From: Octopus vulgaris
Taxonomy: Eukaryota
Assembly (NCBI GenBank): GCA_951406725.2
Contig: OX597816.1
Coordinates: forward strand, 109,864,001 to 109,928,000
Reading direction: 5' to 3'
DNA length: 64,000 nucleotides
Below the pieces are notes generated by a model, which did no database searches, was not told the origin of the DNA, and saw only the letters and a program-made list of their open reading frames with translations. Positions 1 to 13,337 of the stretch are shown one piece after another; the first letter of the stretch is position 1; every line of letters begins with the position of its first letter. The translations under genes were made by a program, and so were the position numbers.

Positions 1-139
1 CCACATTCACTCATACAACATACACATACATACATATATATGTTTCTGTGAGTGTGTGTGTGTGTGTGTGTGTGTGAGTGTGTGTGTGTATGTATGTTTT
101 GATTGCGTATGTCGTGTATTAATATGGATATAAGAAAAC

Positions 140-358
140 GGTGAGCTGGCAGAATCATTACTTCGCATTGCAAAATGCTCAGTGGCATTTTGCCGGTTTT
201 TATATTCTGCGATCGAATTCCGCTGAGGTCAACTTTGCATTGCGAGGTCATCCTCGAGGTCATCGTGACCAGAACTAACTCAATGAGTACCCGTTGAGCT
301 TTTGTGTCGATGTACCTCATCCCAAAATGTAGCTGGTCTTGTGCCAAAATTTGAAACC
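140..358 (+). mobile_element. tRNA-derived SINE, diverged copy (family A)
   Basis: Head GGTGAGCTGGCAGAATC, B-box-like GATCGAATTCCGCTGAGGTCAAC and 3' end GTCTTGTGCCAAAATTTGAAACC align by eye with the copies at 18900 and 45089. Confidence 0.75.
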
Positions 359-639
359 GATGTCTACATATAATATACTATATACATATATATGTATGTA
401 TACATGTATATATATATACGCATATATATACATATATACATATATATATATGCACATACAAATCTATATCTCTATATATATTTATATATATCTATATATA
501 TACATACATATATATGTATATATCTATACATGTACATCTATATTTATACTCATATATATATATATGTGATAATACTTTCACTTTTAGTTTCAGTATTAAT
601 AGCGAAACTATAAAAACTGAGTGTATTTTCTCACATTAC

Positions 640-900
640 AATAGCTATGTTATTGTTTCACTTTTGACACTTAAATAATCTAAGAGATAAGATATTGCTC
701 CAGGATCGCATTTGGCAGATAGTTGAAAATCGTCATTGGCGCAGGACACTGCATATATCCTAAGTAAGGCATGTGTAAAATTTGAATGAAATCGGTTGGG
801 TTGTTCGAGAGTTTTAGTGATGCACACATACATACATACATACACACATATAGACAGACAGGCAGACAGGCACACACACATACTCAGTTATATATATATA
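640..900 (-). mobile_element. Non-autonomous Helitron-like element, 5' portion
   Basis: Minus strand reads TATATATATAACTG, then a (TGTC)/(TATG) microsatellite, then AACCGATTTCATTCAAATTTTACAC. A similar core occurs in the element at 47019, which has a Helitron 3' end. No CTAG 3' end found here. Confidence 0.5.
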
Positions 901-2312
901 ACAATATATTTTGTTTCCATCTGATGAATTAAAAAGCAAATATCTTTAAGTGAAGTTTGAATATAAACCAAGGAATTCTATTTCAAAATTAATTTTTTAA
1001 TTTACTGATAAAATTTCGAAACTTAATATATACGAGTTGCAATCCAAAGATTTCATTAATTCAGTTATCTATAATTGTCTGTACATTGCTTCTCATAATT
1101 CAATTACTTGGAATGGAGGATCAAATCCGAATTTTTACAAATATTCTTTATTTCTCTTCATTGAAGTGAAAAACATTACTTTAAAATTATTCATGTTTGA
1201 AATTAATGTCAACAAATTTATCGTTAGAAAACTAATTCTAATTTGCACAAATTATATTTATCTCTTTTCTTGTTAAAGATGTTTTGAAAAAGATTTCAAA
1301 TATAATATAGTGTAAATATTAAAAGAAAAACATCTCATGCCCAAAAAATAAATACATAATGGATAAAAATATAAAAAGAAAGAAATAATGAAATAATTAA
1401 TATAAAAAATAATTATAAAAAATTATACTCCCTTAATTCGAATAGTCTTATGTCTCCAAAACAGTTTCGAAAGAGAAAATTTTTAACCAATTAGTAATCA
1501 AATTATTTAAATATAATTTTTAGATAATCTGATTGAAAATGTGTAGTATATTGTATGTGAATCTGTGCGTAAATGTGTATGGTTACCTACGACTATTTTG
1601 TCTGTACATATATATGTAATTGTATTTGTGCTATGTATGCATATCTTGAAGTTTCAATGTTTTGTGTCTGCATGTTTTCTTTTATAGTCTGTCATATATT
1701 TCTATTTTCCCTTTGAGCACGTTGTACTTAGTTTGTGTGAATAAACTTTCTCACAAAAGTGTGTTTTGATGCGACTGTTATCGAGTTTATTTGTTGTCAT
1801 ATGTGCAAACGTATTTATTCTTTATGGGTGCGTGTGTGTGTGTGCATGCGCGCGTGGGTGTGAGTGTGTGTGTGTGTGTGCATGCGCGCGTGGGTGTGAG
1901 TGTGTGTGTGTGTTTGTGCCTCCATGTCTTTGCGTGACTGTGTGTATCCCATATCTGAGTATTTTATTGTGAAATTATATGTTGCAATGCAGCATGGGAG
2001 CATATTGGTGCATGTTACACCTAGATATGGATTCCAGTGAGTACTATTGAGTTGGTTATATAAATTCCTATATTACATTGAAATAGTAGATATCCGCTAA
2101 TGTACAATATAAATATCAGGCATTGTGTTTTCAGTATTATATTACAGGAATATACGGCAACCCTTTAAAAAGAATAACTCTTGTTATGTTGAAGGCGTTT
2201 CCCACTTATTTATAGCTGGGGAATACCACATAGATATACCATGTAGATTTTATTGTTCATTACTAAGTGGAAATATTTTGCCGTATATATGTAATACAGT
2301 TCATATCCGATT

Positions 2313-2741
2313 AATTGAGGGTGTAATCATTAAAATGATTATACCAGTGACAGCATATAAAGAACACCATGTCGTAAAATTAATATTTAAGTATATAATT
2401 ATAAATACATTTACTTACTCGCACTTTTCAAGCCTAGCCAGGCTCATGGGCACTGTTTCCCGGTTTCTGTGGCATATGTGCCCCCCCCCCCCCGCCAGCT
2501 GGACGGGACGCCAGTCCATTGCAGTATAATTATAAATATATTATTACAATTAAGTGTGCTGGAGAGACAACAGTGATGCGCTAGAAGTAGATATCAAATG
2601 TTTACAAACTACTCTGCAAAAAAAGAACAAATTGAGAGTGGTTTGCTGACATTTGACACCTACTTCTAGCGTTTTGACGTTGTCCTGCCAGCGCCCTTAA
2701 TTACAGTTATATATTTATAATTATATACTTAAATGTAATAC
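2313..2741. mobile_element. Fold-back (palindromic) element with ~100-bp arms, related to copies at 22920 and 23374
   Basis: Right arm 2635-2741 reverse-complements the left arm (2380-2407 plus 2539-2615), e.g. CGCTAGAAGTAG / CTACTTCTAGCG and TTAAGTATATAATTATAAATA / TATTTATAATTATATACTTAA; loop about 20 nt. Confidence 0.7.
2408..2524 (-). mobile_element. 5'-truncated SINE 3' fragment with 14-bp TSD
   Basis: GC-rich insert (TTTTCAAGCCTAGCCAGGCTCATGGG...CCAGCTGGACGGGACGCCAGTCC) flanked by the exact direct repeat TATAATTATAAATA at 2394-2407 and 2525-2538. Confidence 0.7.
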
Positions 2742-3346
2742 TGTTTATGTGCAGGTACTTAAAAAATGTAAATACCAAAGGAAATAGAAAACATAGCACT
2801 ATCACAGTCACGCGCACACATAGAAACACACACAAAATACACACACATATTTATGTAGAGAATATTCTATATTCTACGTATGATATAGGAGCTATCATAT
2901 ATCTCGGTATCAGAATTGTTTTACTTTTGCATAGACCAAACCACTATTCTGCTCAGAAACCATCCAATATTAGACGCTGAGTAAAACCGCTGGAATGCAT
3001 TATGTTTACTAGCAAGCAAATGCCAGCATGCCGTGATCGATGAGTTTCATCATTATCAATAACATCCTTAGTGGTCTCTTTCACCAGAATCTATGAATAT
3101 TACTCTCTCTATGTGTAACTAATTAAATAAATCATTGACACTAATTACCATACGAAATACGACGCTGAAGATGTAAAGTATGGATATCTCCCTTTGACGT
3201 TCAATTTCGGGGCACGATGTCTCGCCTGGTTAGAGATATCCATTGTTCTTTAACACTCGGCGTCGTGAATGAAGGGACGTTTCCTAGGATGCTACCCTGC
3301 AGCTAATAGAGGTATAAACAAAACACTTATCTTACATATGTCACCG

Positions 3347-3402
<56 letters not shown>

Positions 3403-3526
3403 TAAAAGGAATTCCAACCTTGTCTGATTTTCACGTTTTACTTACAATCTTATAATGATATAAGATAGTATAATATAATAAAATAAAATAAAATAAAATA
3501 ATAGAATGTTATATGTTCATTCTGAT

Positions 3527-3571
3527 TGAACTAGTACTTTCATGCATTAAATTCTGCAATCTTCAGGTTCA
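3527..3571 (-). ncRNA. Minimal type-I hammerhead ribozyme motif, intact core, in Penelope 3' region
   Basis: Minus strand: UGAAC-CUGAAGA-U-UGCA-gaauuuaa-UGCA-U-GAAA-GUAC-UA-GUUCA. Stem I 5 bp, stem II 4 bp, palindromic AGUACU stem III, CUA cleavage triplet; about 430 nt downstream of the GIY-YIG stop on the same strand. Confidence 0.75.
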
Positions 3572-3998
3572 TGTAGTAGTGGTGACAGTCATGTTTCACA
3601 AATTTTGACTGTAGCGAGATGATTGAATCTGTGCCTTAAATACAGCTGTGTGGGCTCCAGATTGCTAGGTTTTGCAAACTGTATTCTGACCAATAAGTGT
3701 GTAGTATCACTCAATTACTTAAGCTGGTTGGTTGGTTCAGCTGATTGGTTTAGGCGTCACGCTTTGTTGGACATGTCAAGAGTCCTGTATCTTAACCCTG
3801 GTCGAGGCAGCAATTGTTGGGTTATTTTTAGAAACGTTGTAAATATCCTTTGTCAGAGATTTTTATATTTTTATATTTCAATTGTCATCATCATCATTGT
3901 CAGCAACTTAATTATTGTTGCTAGTGGTGATGGTAGTGGCAATAGAACTTTTAACCCTAAATAAGATAATTTTCCTGCTATCTAAGTATTATTATTAT

Positions 3999-4374
3999 TA
4001 CTTATTTAGCTTGGGTTCGAATTTATCAATAACATTCTTTTCTCTGATTTTCCTCTCGATTTCACTTGGGCTGTGTAATTTGTAGAATGAAAATATTATA
4101 TATATTTTCCGACCACATGTTGCTAGGTGGTTACTCAAAGGTATCTGACGGACCTCTGGGTCTCTAATCTGTTATCGGTGTACACGTGAGCGTTCTGATA
4201 GTGCATTTCCCGTCTGACCTACATATATTTCTTCACAATTTGGGCATTTGATGCAGTAACTTAAATTTCTGCTTTTGCAGTTCATATTCGCATTTGTGAA
4301 TATTTTCCCGGTTTTTGTGTTTATATATTGGCCGGTATGTATGAATTGACATGTGCCACATCGGCTATCATTGC

Positions 4375-4376
<2 letters not shown>
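3999..4376 (-). pseudogene. Penelope-like retroelement GIY-YIG endonuclease fragment
   Basis: Translation CNDSRCGTC...MNCKSRNLSYCIKCPNCEEIYVGQTGNALSERSRVHR*QIRDPEVRQIPLSNHLATC...EIERKIREKNVIDKFEPKLNK*: Cx4Cx2C linker, YVGQT, R..H, H and C-terminal LN motifs; one in-frame stop; cut off by (TA)n at about 4378. Confidence 0.9.
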
Positions 4377-4458
<82 letters not shown>

Positions 4459-4580
4459 ATAATAATAATGGGTAAAATTGTTTAATCAATTAATATTTAA
4501 TAATTTTACCAAGTAGTTCAGTATGTTAAAAGAAACATTATAATCTTATACAAAAATTCTATAATTATAAGCATAATTAT

Positions 4581-4757
4581 AATTGGGGTTCACCAAAATT
4601 ACTTCACCACATACCAAAATTTAGAAGCAGCAGTTAAATACTATTCCACTACCATAAGATATCTCCAAGACAGATATATCTTAAGATAGTGGAATAGTAT
4701 TTAACTAATATTTCTAAATTTCGGTATGTTGCGGAGCAATTTTGCTGAACCCTAATT
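4581..4757. repeat. Imperfect palindrome with ~85-bp arms between two Penelope fragments
   Basis: AATTGGGGTTCACCAAAATT...AGTTAAATACTATTCCACTA pairs with TAGTGGAATAGTATTTAACT...AATTTTGCTGAACCCTAATT around a short loop near 4665. Confidence 0.85.
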
Positions 4758-4769
4758 TCTGCTGAACTC

Positions 4770-4997
4770 ATTTCTGGACATTTTGATTATAAAAATTCCA
4801 ACAACCAAATTCCAAATGACATCTACAAGCCAACAGACTCAAAACACACAACCCGAAACACACAAAAATTAATATCACTTTCAATCTAAGCAAAATAATC
4901 TGTACAATTGTAGCTGACACAACCACTCGGGAACTTCGCCTACAATACCTCAAAATAACACTCATTGAACGTCAATACCCACCCGCATATATAGACC
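4770..4997 (+). pseudogene. Penelope-like RT C-terminal/linker fragment
   Basis: Reads NPKHTKINITFNLSKIICTIVADTTTRELRLQYLKITLIERQYPPAYIDH, matching the HP..TK..IP...A.RI..I.S...L...L....YP pattern that follows the PLE RT. Confidence 0.75.
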
Positions 4998-6681
4998 ATC
5001 TATTTTCATGTTACTATTTCAGATGACAATAATATCTGATTAATAACTGAATGGTGAGAAATGATATCAGTGAAAAGCCTTGCTAAATAATTACATCGAT
5101 CAGTATATGTGCTAAATATGCACATCGATTAGCATTTGTGCTGCAATATTATAATCTCCGCTAGAGCGTCATGTAACCTTGATGTTATATAATCACGATA
5201 AGAGTACAATAATAGTGCTACAATTACTATGCTCAGTGCAGAAATAAATTCATATCATGTTTCCTACTAGAGATTAGCTATAAAGCTCACAAGCCATAGC
5301 TAAACCCAATTCATCATTATCTTAATCCATTCTGAGCAAACTCGATCCTCTTCATACAAAATATATTCTTAGAGAAAATAAATTTGAATACGTTCCGAAA
5401 AATGTCTGGCCTCGTACTTTACTAGAGAAAATACCAAAGACAACGTTACATAGCCTTGCGTTTAGGGAAATAACTTGTACTGGCAGGTTTTACTTTTATC
5501 CATGTACATTCAGACCTCCATCGTTCGGGATACGTAAAATACATAAGTAACAGTTCATACCATCTCTCTGGATATTAATGCTAACATTACACGCTTTGGA
5601 AAAATAATATTTCATATTGAATAAACCCGAATCTCAAATTTCCATTTTCTCTTATAAGAATATTCTTTGATCAGTAATGTACAACAAAGTTACAAGTAGT
5701 TTTTCTATTTTCACAAAGTTCAGTCTGTTTTATTATATAGTATTTCCGCAATTACATATTCAATATGTCTCTGACTGTCTATCTTTCTGTCTGTCTTTGT
5801 CTCTCTCTCCCTTCCTCTGTCCCTCACTATTACACAAGCAATAAACGACTGATTCAGGTGACATCAATAGTATATTGATATTAAAAAATATATGTGTTAG
5901 TGTTTCTTATGTCACATATAGTTACTAAATTGAACAAAGTTATATTGGCTCATCTATTTGACTGAACTTCATAATCAATATCACTTAAAAGTACTGGCTA
6001 AGAATCTTAATTTCCCTTCTATGGTCTCGTGTTTTTGACCTAACAGCTACGTGTCAATTCTTTGTTTGGCTTGTCTTACGTTATTTTTGTTACATTTTTT
6101 ACTGTATTTTTTGTTTTATTGATCATGCAAAGCAGTCAGGAAAAAAAAAATTAAAATTATATAAAAAAATAACAACACTAAGGGGAGAGAGAATAAGAGA
6201 AACAAAGAGAGATGGAAAAAGAGAAAGTGAGTTATAAAGTGATGGAAATATTTCATTTGCGGCTGTGTAATCATTGACTATACACTTGCAAACGTGTGCC
6301 ATCGATTTTGCTTTTTGTGGGGGAAAGTCTTCTGTCCCGTATTTACATCAGAACTGAGAATGAAAAATTTTGCGAATGACGGATGTAGGACGGTGACAAA
6401 TGAATAAATAATGCGTATAGCAGACCAGTCTACGCTACGCAATCAAGATGAGCTTATGAGGAGGACTCCATGTACTCGTCCTGCTAGAAATAATGGAAGA
6501 ATCCTTCTCAAGCCTTCATATTTAATTTCACTTTACCAGCATCAAGGAACAAGTACCAATGATAGACACTATCATATTACAAATACCTTTGCAACTTCTA
6601 CCGCAGAAAGTCGTTTTGTGTATGGTCAGTTGGAGTCATTAGAGCAAAGTAATAAATGTTAGACTGTTCCGTTTCATATTA

Positions 6682-6890
6682 GGTGGCGAGCTGGCAGAAT
6701 CGATGGCACTCCAGACAAAATGGTTAGTGGTATTTCTTCCGGCTTTACGTTCTGACTCCAAATGCCGCCGAGGTCGATTTTACTTTTCATCTTTTAGGGG
6801 AAGATAGAATATGTTCCACATGAACTTTGGGATCGATGTCATCATTTTACTCTTTCCCCCTAAATTTTTGACTTCGTACTAAATTTTGAC
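6682..6890 (+). mobile_element. tRNA-derived SINE, diverged copy (family A)
   Basis: GGTGGCGAGCTGGCAGAATCG...TACGTTCTGACTCCAAATGCCGCCGAGGTCGATTTTACTTTTCATC aligns with the 45089 copy. Confidence 0.8.
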
Positions 6891-9358
6891 AGCTGTATTT
6901 AATTTCGTTACCTGCTGTGGGGAGTACCAAGTCTTGTAACCGAGTATATTTTATTCTTTTAACTTGTCTTGAATACTTGCCTTAATGACAAAACCATTAA
7001 AAACCTATCAAAATAAAAAAGAAACATCAATACAATATAATACACAGATTTGGCATACTATAGAAAACTTTCTATATGTATACCCCACAATATGAACTCT
7101 CTTATTTGGTACCACTTCGTTTCCACCAAATACAGACCATTTAAGTAATAACATAGTGCGAATGTTGCTTCAAGCGCCTAATGGTTACAAATATAAAACA
7201 ACTTTATGATCTTACTTCCCAAGACCCTCTATTATTATTCTTAAGCTTTTATGTGACCACCAGGTGTTAGCACATTCAGAGAATAGATCTGAAAGCTAAA
7301 TGATAAAATAAGTTGATTGGACATGATACACAGAAACACATTTGCGTGGCACACAACCTAATTGAAAGAGTAGCTAAATCTCTCTTATGTTACAATGTAT
7401 TTTACCTCAATTTTATAATACATTAGATAATGTAGTCAGGGAAACGTCATGTCTCACAAATGACGAGATGGATCCGGTTCGAATGCAACGTTTTCTCTAT
7501 CATGATAGGCATGGAACTCAAAACACGGTAACATTTAGCAGACAGATACTAATTAAAACACCATGTCTCTCCCGGAACCATATTTCAGCATATAATAGAC
7601 CTGTGTAATACATATACGTATTTGCAAACTTAACAACTAACACAGGCTATATCAACCGATTTTATCCAAACTCTATTGTTTAAACTAAACGCGTATTGCT
7701 GCGAATGTAAAGCAAAAAACAGCGACAATAGCAACTATTATACGAAATGGTTATTATAAACTGATAGACTATATTAAATATAATGCCATCTTGGTTTGTT
7801 GATACAAATCATATTATTTCGTTTAGCCAGTATTTTAAATTCAATTCAATTTTGTCCGCTTTTCTATTGAATTTTATGTGTAAGTTTAATGGTCTATATA
7901 TTGATCATAACAAAGTAGTGCCAGATCTTTCTTCTCTCACTCAATCTCTCAACCTCTTTCACCGCATACACATACATGCATACACACACATACATACATA
8001 CATACATAATACATACATACACACATGCACATGCCCACACACACATATGTACCTATATCTGTATATATGCATGTGGGCGTGTCTTTGCGTGTATACAAGT
8101 ATGCGGTTGTCATATATAAGAACTCAATTCCACGTTTTACTTTGTTGTATTTTGTTACAGTATAATATAATAGAGCCTCCAGTATACTCTATGAAACCAC
8201 CCGTGATGTAACATCCTAAGTGTGTGATAAAATATTCTGGGTTATTAAGCGGTAATCTGTCTTTAAACATAAAACCTTGGTGCATAAATATCACATAACT
8301 TTCTCAAATAGACATCCACATACACACAATCACACACACATACGCACACACAATCACACACACACACACGCACACATACACAAATACGCGCGCGCACACA
8401 CATAGTATCACCACAAACAGAGTCGATCTAGCTGTCTCCCTCCATTTTGAAAAAGTGTCGAACAAGTACAATCGACACTCGAATCCCAGTGGACTCTCAT
8501 CAGAGGCATCTACGTCAATTTAACAAAACCGAGAGAACCAAGAAACCAATCTGTTCACATACCCAGCGACCATAGCAGCCACTGAAAACCGGGTCCACTA
8601 ATCTGCACCCGTGTTAACAGTTTATTTTAGATATCTGGGTCTCATCAACATGAATTTTACTCACAGAGTATCTAGTTATGATATAACATATGGAAACCAC
8701 TTTGGTTTTGTATTTGGTTTGAAAGACTCATTGTGTGAATTAGTGTGTTGAATGAAACTCATTGTGCACAGGAAGGGTCATTGTTCCGATAAAATAACAA
8801 AAGAAAATACGCATTAACAGTTTCCATACTTCTTATGTTTCGCCAATCGGTTGAATATCTAAAAATTGGTTGTTCTTCTTAGTCTTTTTATCGCTATTCT
8901 CGATTTCTTCGATGTCATGCCCCTACTCTTCAAAGTCTGCCTCGTATCTGAGAATTAGCCTTATGCCCATTTGTATGTAAACATGTCTGTATGTAGATGT
9001 ATGAGTGTTTACTTATGCGAGTGCATTCCGCATAGGCGCGAGTGTTCGGTGTACACAGGACTTTTTGATAGGTAAACGTTTGTGCGTGTATGTGTTTGTG
9101 TGCGTGTGCGTATTCCCGCAGTGTGTGTATTTGTGTGCGCGCATGTGTGTGCCAGTGGTTGTACGTGTCTGTGTGGTCTTGTGTGAAGTTGTTTACGTTG
9201 ATGCGCCTGTGGTTGCGTGAGTTTTGCATTCATGTGCACGTTAGGGTGCGTGTACATGCGTGCGCGTGCATTGATATGTACGGTTGTATATCGGAATTGA
9301 TCATATTTACATGCATTCATCTGTATGGATTCCTTTGTATCCTGCTCACATTTTAATA

Positions 9359-9389
<31 letters not shown>

Positions 9390-11045
9390 AAGTTAGATAT
9401 GTTCGGATCCAAAGATTGGTCCAGACCATGGCTAACTTGATAGGATTATCTAAATCCCTTTTAAGTCAGGTTCTTTGGTATCGTGGCCATTGAAATAGTG
9501 AGTTCTTGTTGAGTGAGTTGGATCCAGGTGTAGGTTGTTTATCTGGTATGCCTCGAAGTAATCTGTCCAGACTCCGTTTAAATGTGATGGGATCGTTTTC
9601 CTCTTTGATCAGTTTTGAGACAATTTTAAATAGGGGGAGGCCTGTTGAGGGAATTGTATTTAGTGTAACTATATGTTGTGATTCTGAATTGGGCAGTGTG
9701 CCTATATGTTGTGATCCTGAATTGGGCCCGTAGTCCCAACCTTGGATGAATCTTGAAGCAAATGTTCAGCTCTTTTGGGAAATGCTGGCGGTATATTCTC
9801 CACATCGTGGAAATGATGTACCGCTCGCGGCGGCGCTGGAGAGAGTAGACTTTCAAGGCTTTACGGCAGTCCTAGTAATCAAGATCAGTCATGCCCTTAC
9901 TTCGTTTAGTGAATGCCCTCTGGAGTGATTCATTTTTTGGAGATGTTTGTTTAGTATGGGGAGACCACAAGTGGAAGCATTACCCGAGGTGTGGTCGTTC
10001 AAAGGGGAAAAATGGAATGATGATACCTTGTTCTCTGGACCTGCAGGTTCTTAAGATCTAGCAGCTCATCTTACGAGCTATATCGACCTTCTTGTCGATG
10101 TGGATACTCCAACTGAGATTATTATCAACAATTACCCATAGGTCTCTAATATTATTAGACTCTTGAAGTAAGAATGTATGGCTGTTTTAGTATTGTTTTT
10201 CTCCCAAAATGCATCAGCTCAAATTTTCCCTCATTTAGTTGCATTTTGTTTTTGTCTGCCCATTGACTCACCGCACGTAGATCCGACTGGAGCTGAGTTC
10301 TGTCTTCTTCTTCATTGATGATTTGCTGAGGCTTAGGGTCTTTAGCAAATATTTTCACTTTGCAGTGTTTTACGACACTGGAAAGATCGTTTATGTAGAT
10401 TATAATGAGGAGCGGGCCCAAGACAGTCCCCTGAGGGACACCTCTGTTGACTTTTGCTGGACTTGAGTGGACTTTATCGACCACAACATATTGTGTTCTA
10501 TTCGCCAGGAAATACTCAATCTAGTGTGGAGGTTTCCTCGGATTCCAACATTTGCCAATTTTGAGAGTAAGATATTATGGTCAACCCTGTCGAACACTTT
10601 ACTGAAGTCAAGATAAATGATGTCAGAGTTCGGACCTGTTCCCAAGGCTTTACGCATATCCTAAATGTGGTGTAAGAGCTGTGTTAGACAGTCCCTGCCA
10701 CAGCGAAAGCCATACCTATATGCATTTAGGAGTTTATGGATCTTCAGGAAGGCAGCTATCCTTGAACTTACCACTCTTTCAAACACTTTAATGATGTGGG
10801 AGGTGAGTGACATTGGGCGATAGTTGATTGCGAGAGATCGGTTTCCCTGATTGAAAACCGGGATGACAGACTGAGATAGGAGCTGTTTCGGTATATAACC
10901 AGAGTCTAAAGAAATTCTCCAGAGGTTGGTGAGAGGGACTGCAAGCTGGTGTCTACATTCCTTCAGGTGGCTAGCGGGGAATCTATCAGGGCCTACAGCA
11001 GAATGGTACTTGACCTCATTTATTGCTGCTATGATGTCTGAGGGC
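9390..11045 (-). mobile_element. 5'-truncated CR1/L2-group LINE, decayed reverse transcriptase
   Basis: Motifs GPDRFP, NYRPMSLTSHIIKVFE, YGFR, YLDFSKVFDRVDH, GVPQGTVLGPLL..IYINDL, IFAKD (decayed FADD), QLNEGKF and SLQRRRERY across several frames; includes ORFs 10400-10657, 10155-10484 and 9626-9856. Confidence 0.9.
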
Positions 11046-11733
11046 GGCAGTGTCGAACTTTCTCATTCGCCAAAAGACAATCACAAAGAATTGGCCAATT
11101 AAAAGGTGATTACACAGGTGGTGCTCCATCATAGCCGCAGCCTTTGGGTCTGAAACATATCATAGAATTATAGAGTAATATATGTATGCATTTTCCTTCA
11201 TATATATTTGTACGTGTCTGTACAAATGTCTGTGCGTATGATTGTGTGTTTGTGTGTGGGTGTGTAGCTGTATGTGTGTAAGAGTGTGTATCGAGAGAGA
11301 ATGAGGTGGATATATAAAGGAAATAACACCAAATAAAACAAAATACGACTCACGCTAACAAACTTTCAGAAATTCAATCATATTGCTGCAACTAAGACTC
11401 AGAAAATAAGAAGATAAAAAATCAAAAACTTTTTATTTCTTATACATTTTAGACGTTTACTCTCGCGTTTGTGAACGTTGGATTAAAAGATGTTGCTAAG
11501 AAATACATAAATTTTAGGACCTGTTACCTCTGTGCGCGCATCAAGAATTTAATGTCTGAATATATGAAAGCTTGAAATGAATGAAATAACAGTGTACTAA
11601 TATTTAGTATCGCATACACTCCCCAACACACACATATATTTGCACATCCACGTATATACATAACGAAAATTATACACATATATACATATGCATATATGTA
11701 TATCTACATACATGTATGTATATATATATATAA

Positions 11734-11781
<48 letters not shown>

Positions 11782-11794
11782 CTGTATTCATGCA

Positions 11795-11832
<38 letters not shown>

Positions 11833-11952
11833 GTAGATACACGATCACACCTACCATACACTCGCATATATATATATATGTATATATATTTATATTTGTG
11901 TGTATAGCGTATACTATTGTGGCAACCGAATAATTGTCACATTATATTACAT

Positions 11953-12011
<59 letters not shown>

Positions 12012-13295
12012 GTATGTGTGTGTATGTATATATATATATATACACACACATACAATTTTATGCAAGTATACGAATATATGTAAATACACACACACACATA
12101 CATACCCATACGCACGCATACACACACATGCACACACATCAGCATATAGACGTATGTGTGCACGAGGTTGTGCATGCGTGCGCTTCTGTATCATTTTCCA
12201 TTTCGTTCATGCCAAAGCTTATGAGTATCTGTTTCACTCTAACCTTCTTCCGTCCTATACATAATAGCATTCCGATGTCTGGGAATAGAATATATTTCTC
12301 AGCAATGTAATTAGCTATTATTGATCTCACTGATGGCAGAATTAAGCTAAAATGTTTCACAATGGAACCAATTACATAGTACTTTCTTAGAATGATCCAA
12401 TTTCTGCTGACACTACGGAATATCTTGTAGAAATAATGGAAAACGACTTTTTTTGTTGAATTGAGTATAAAGGAATATGAAAATATCTACTGTAAATAAC
12501 AATAGGACTAGAAACTATTATCATAACAGCAGTGAAGAAATTCTGCAAAACGAAAACACCAAAACGATGATGAATAACCGCAACATTAAAAATAGCAGTA
12601 GCCATAATAATAATGATGATGATGGTGATGATGATGACAACGACGTAGATAATAGTATTAATCATAATAACAAAATCAACCACATCTCTAGTAATAATGA
12701 TAGTAACAATGATACTTATAGTAAAGAAACGACACATGACACACGGTTGACTATAACAATCGGTTAACAATACAGTATGACAAATGAAAAACAAAAGAAA
12801 ACAAAGGAAGTTCCCATATGTATATAGGAGATGAAAGACAACATATTAATAATTGTAACTGTGACATATTTTAATTTGCCACAGGGATGTAACAAAAATT
12901 ATGATAAACAAAACATGTGAAAAACAGAATAAAAGATTAAGATATTGAAATGATGAGTGTAGTTGATTCTAAAAATAAATAACTTCCTCGAGATATATGT
13001 GACATTTATTCAAGGAATATCAGGGTGACCTAGATACCTGTTTATCTTCATTATACATACAGACAGGTATACATATATGCATACATACATGCATACATAT
13101 ATACATATATACGTGCATACATACGTGTGTAAATATGTATGTATAAGTATATATGTATATACATATGTACATACATACATGTATATATGTATATATACAC
13201 ACACATATAAATACATGTATGTATATATATATATATATATATATATACATACATGTATTTATATGTGTGTGTACATACTTACACACACACGCATA

Positions 13296-13337
<42 letters not shown>

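Noticed and set aside
3725-3810. tRNA-like stretch ending GGTCGAGGCA
   Set aside because: No B-box consensus and no cloverleaf could be drawn.
12477-12767. N/D-rich 96-aa ORF
   Set aside because: Decayed (AAT)/(GAT) low-complexity sequence.
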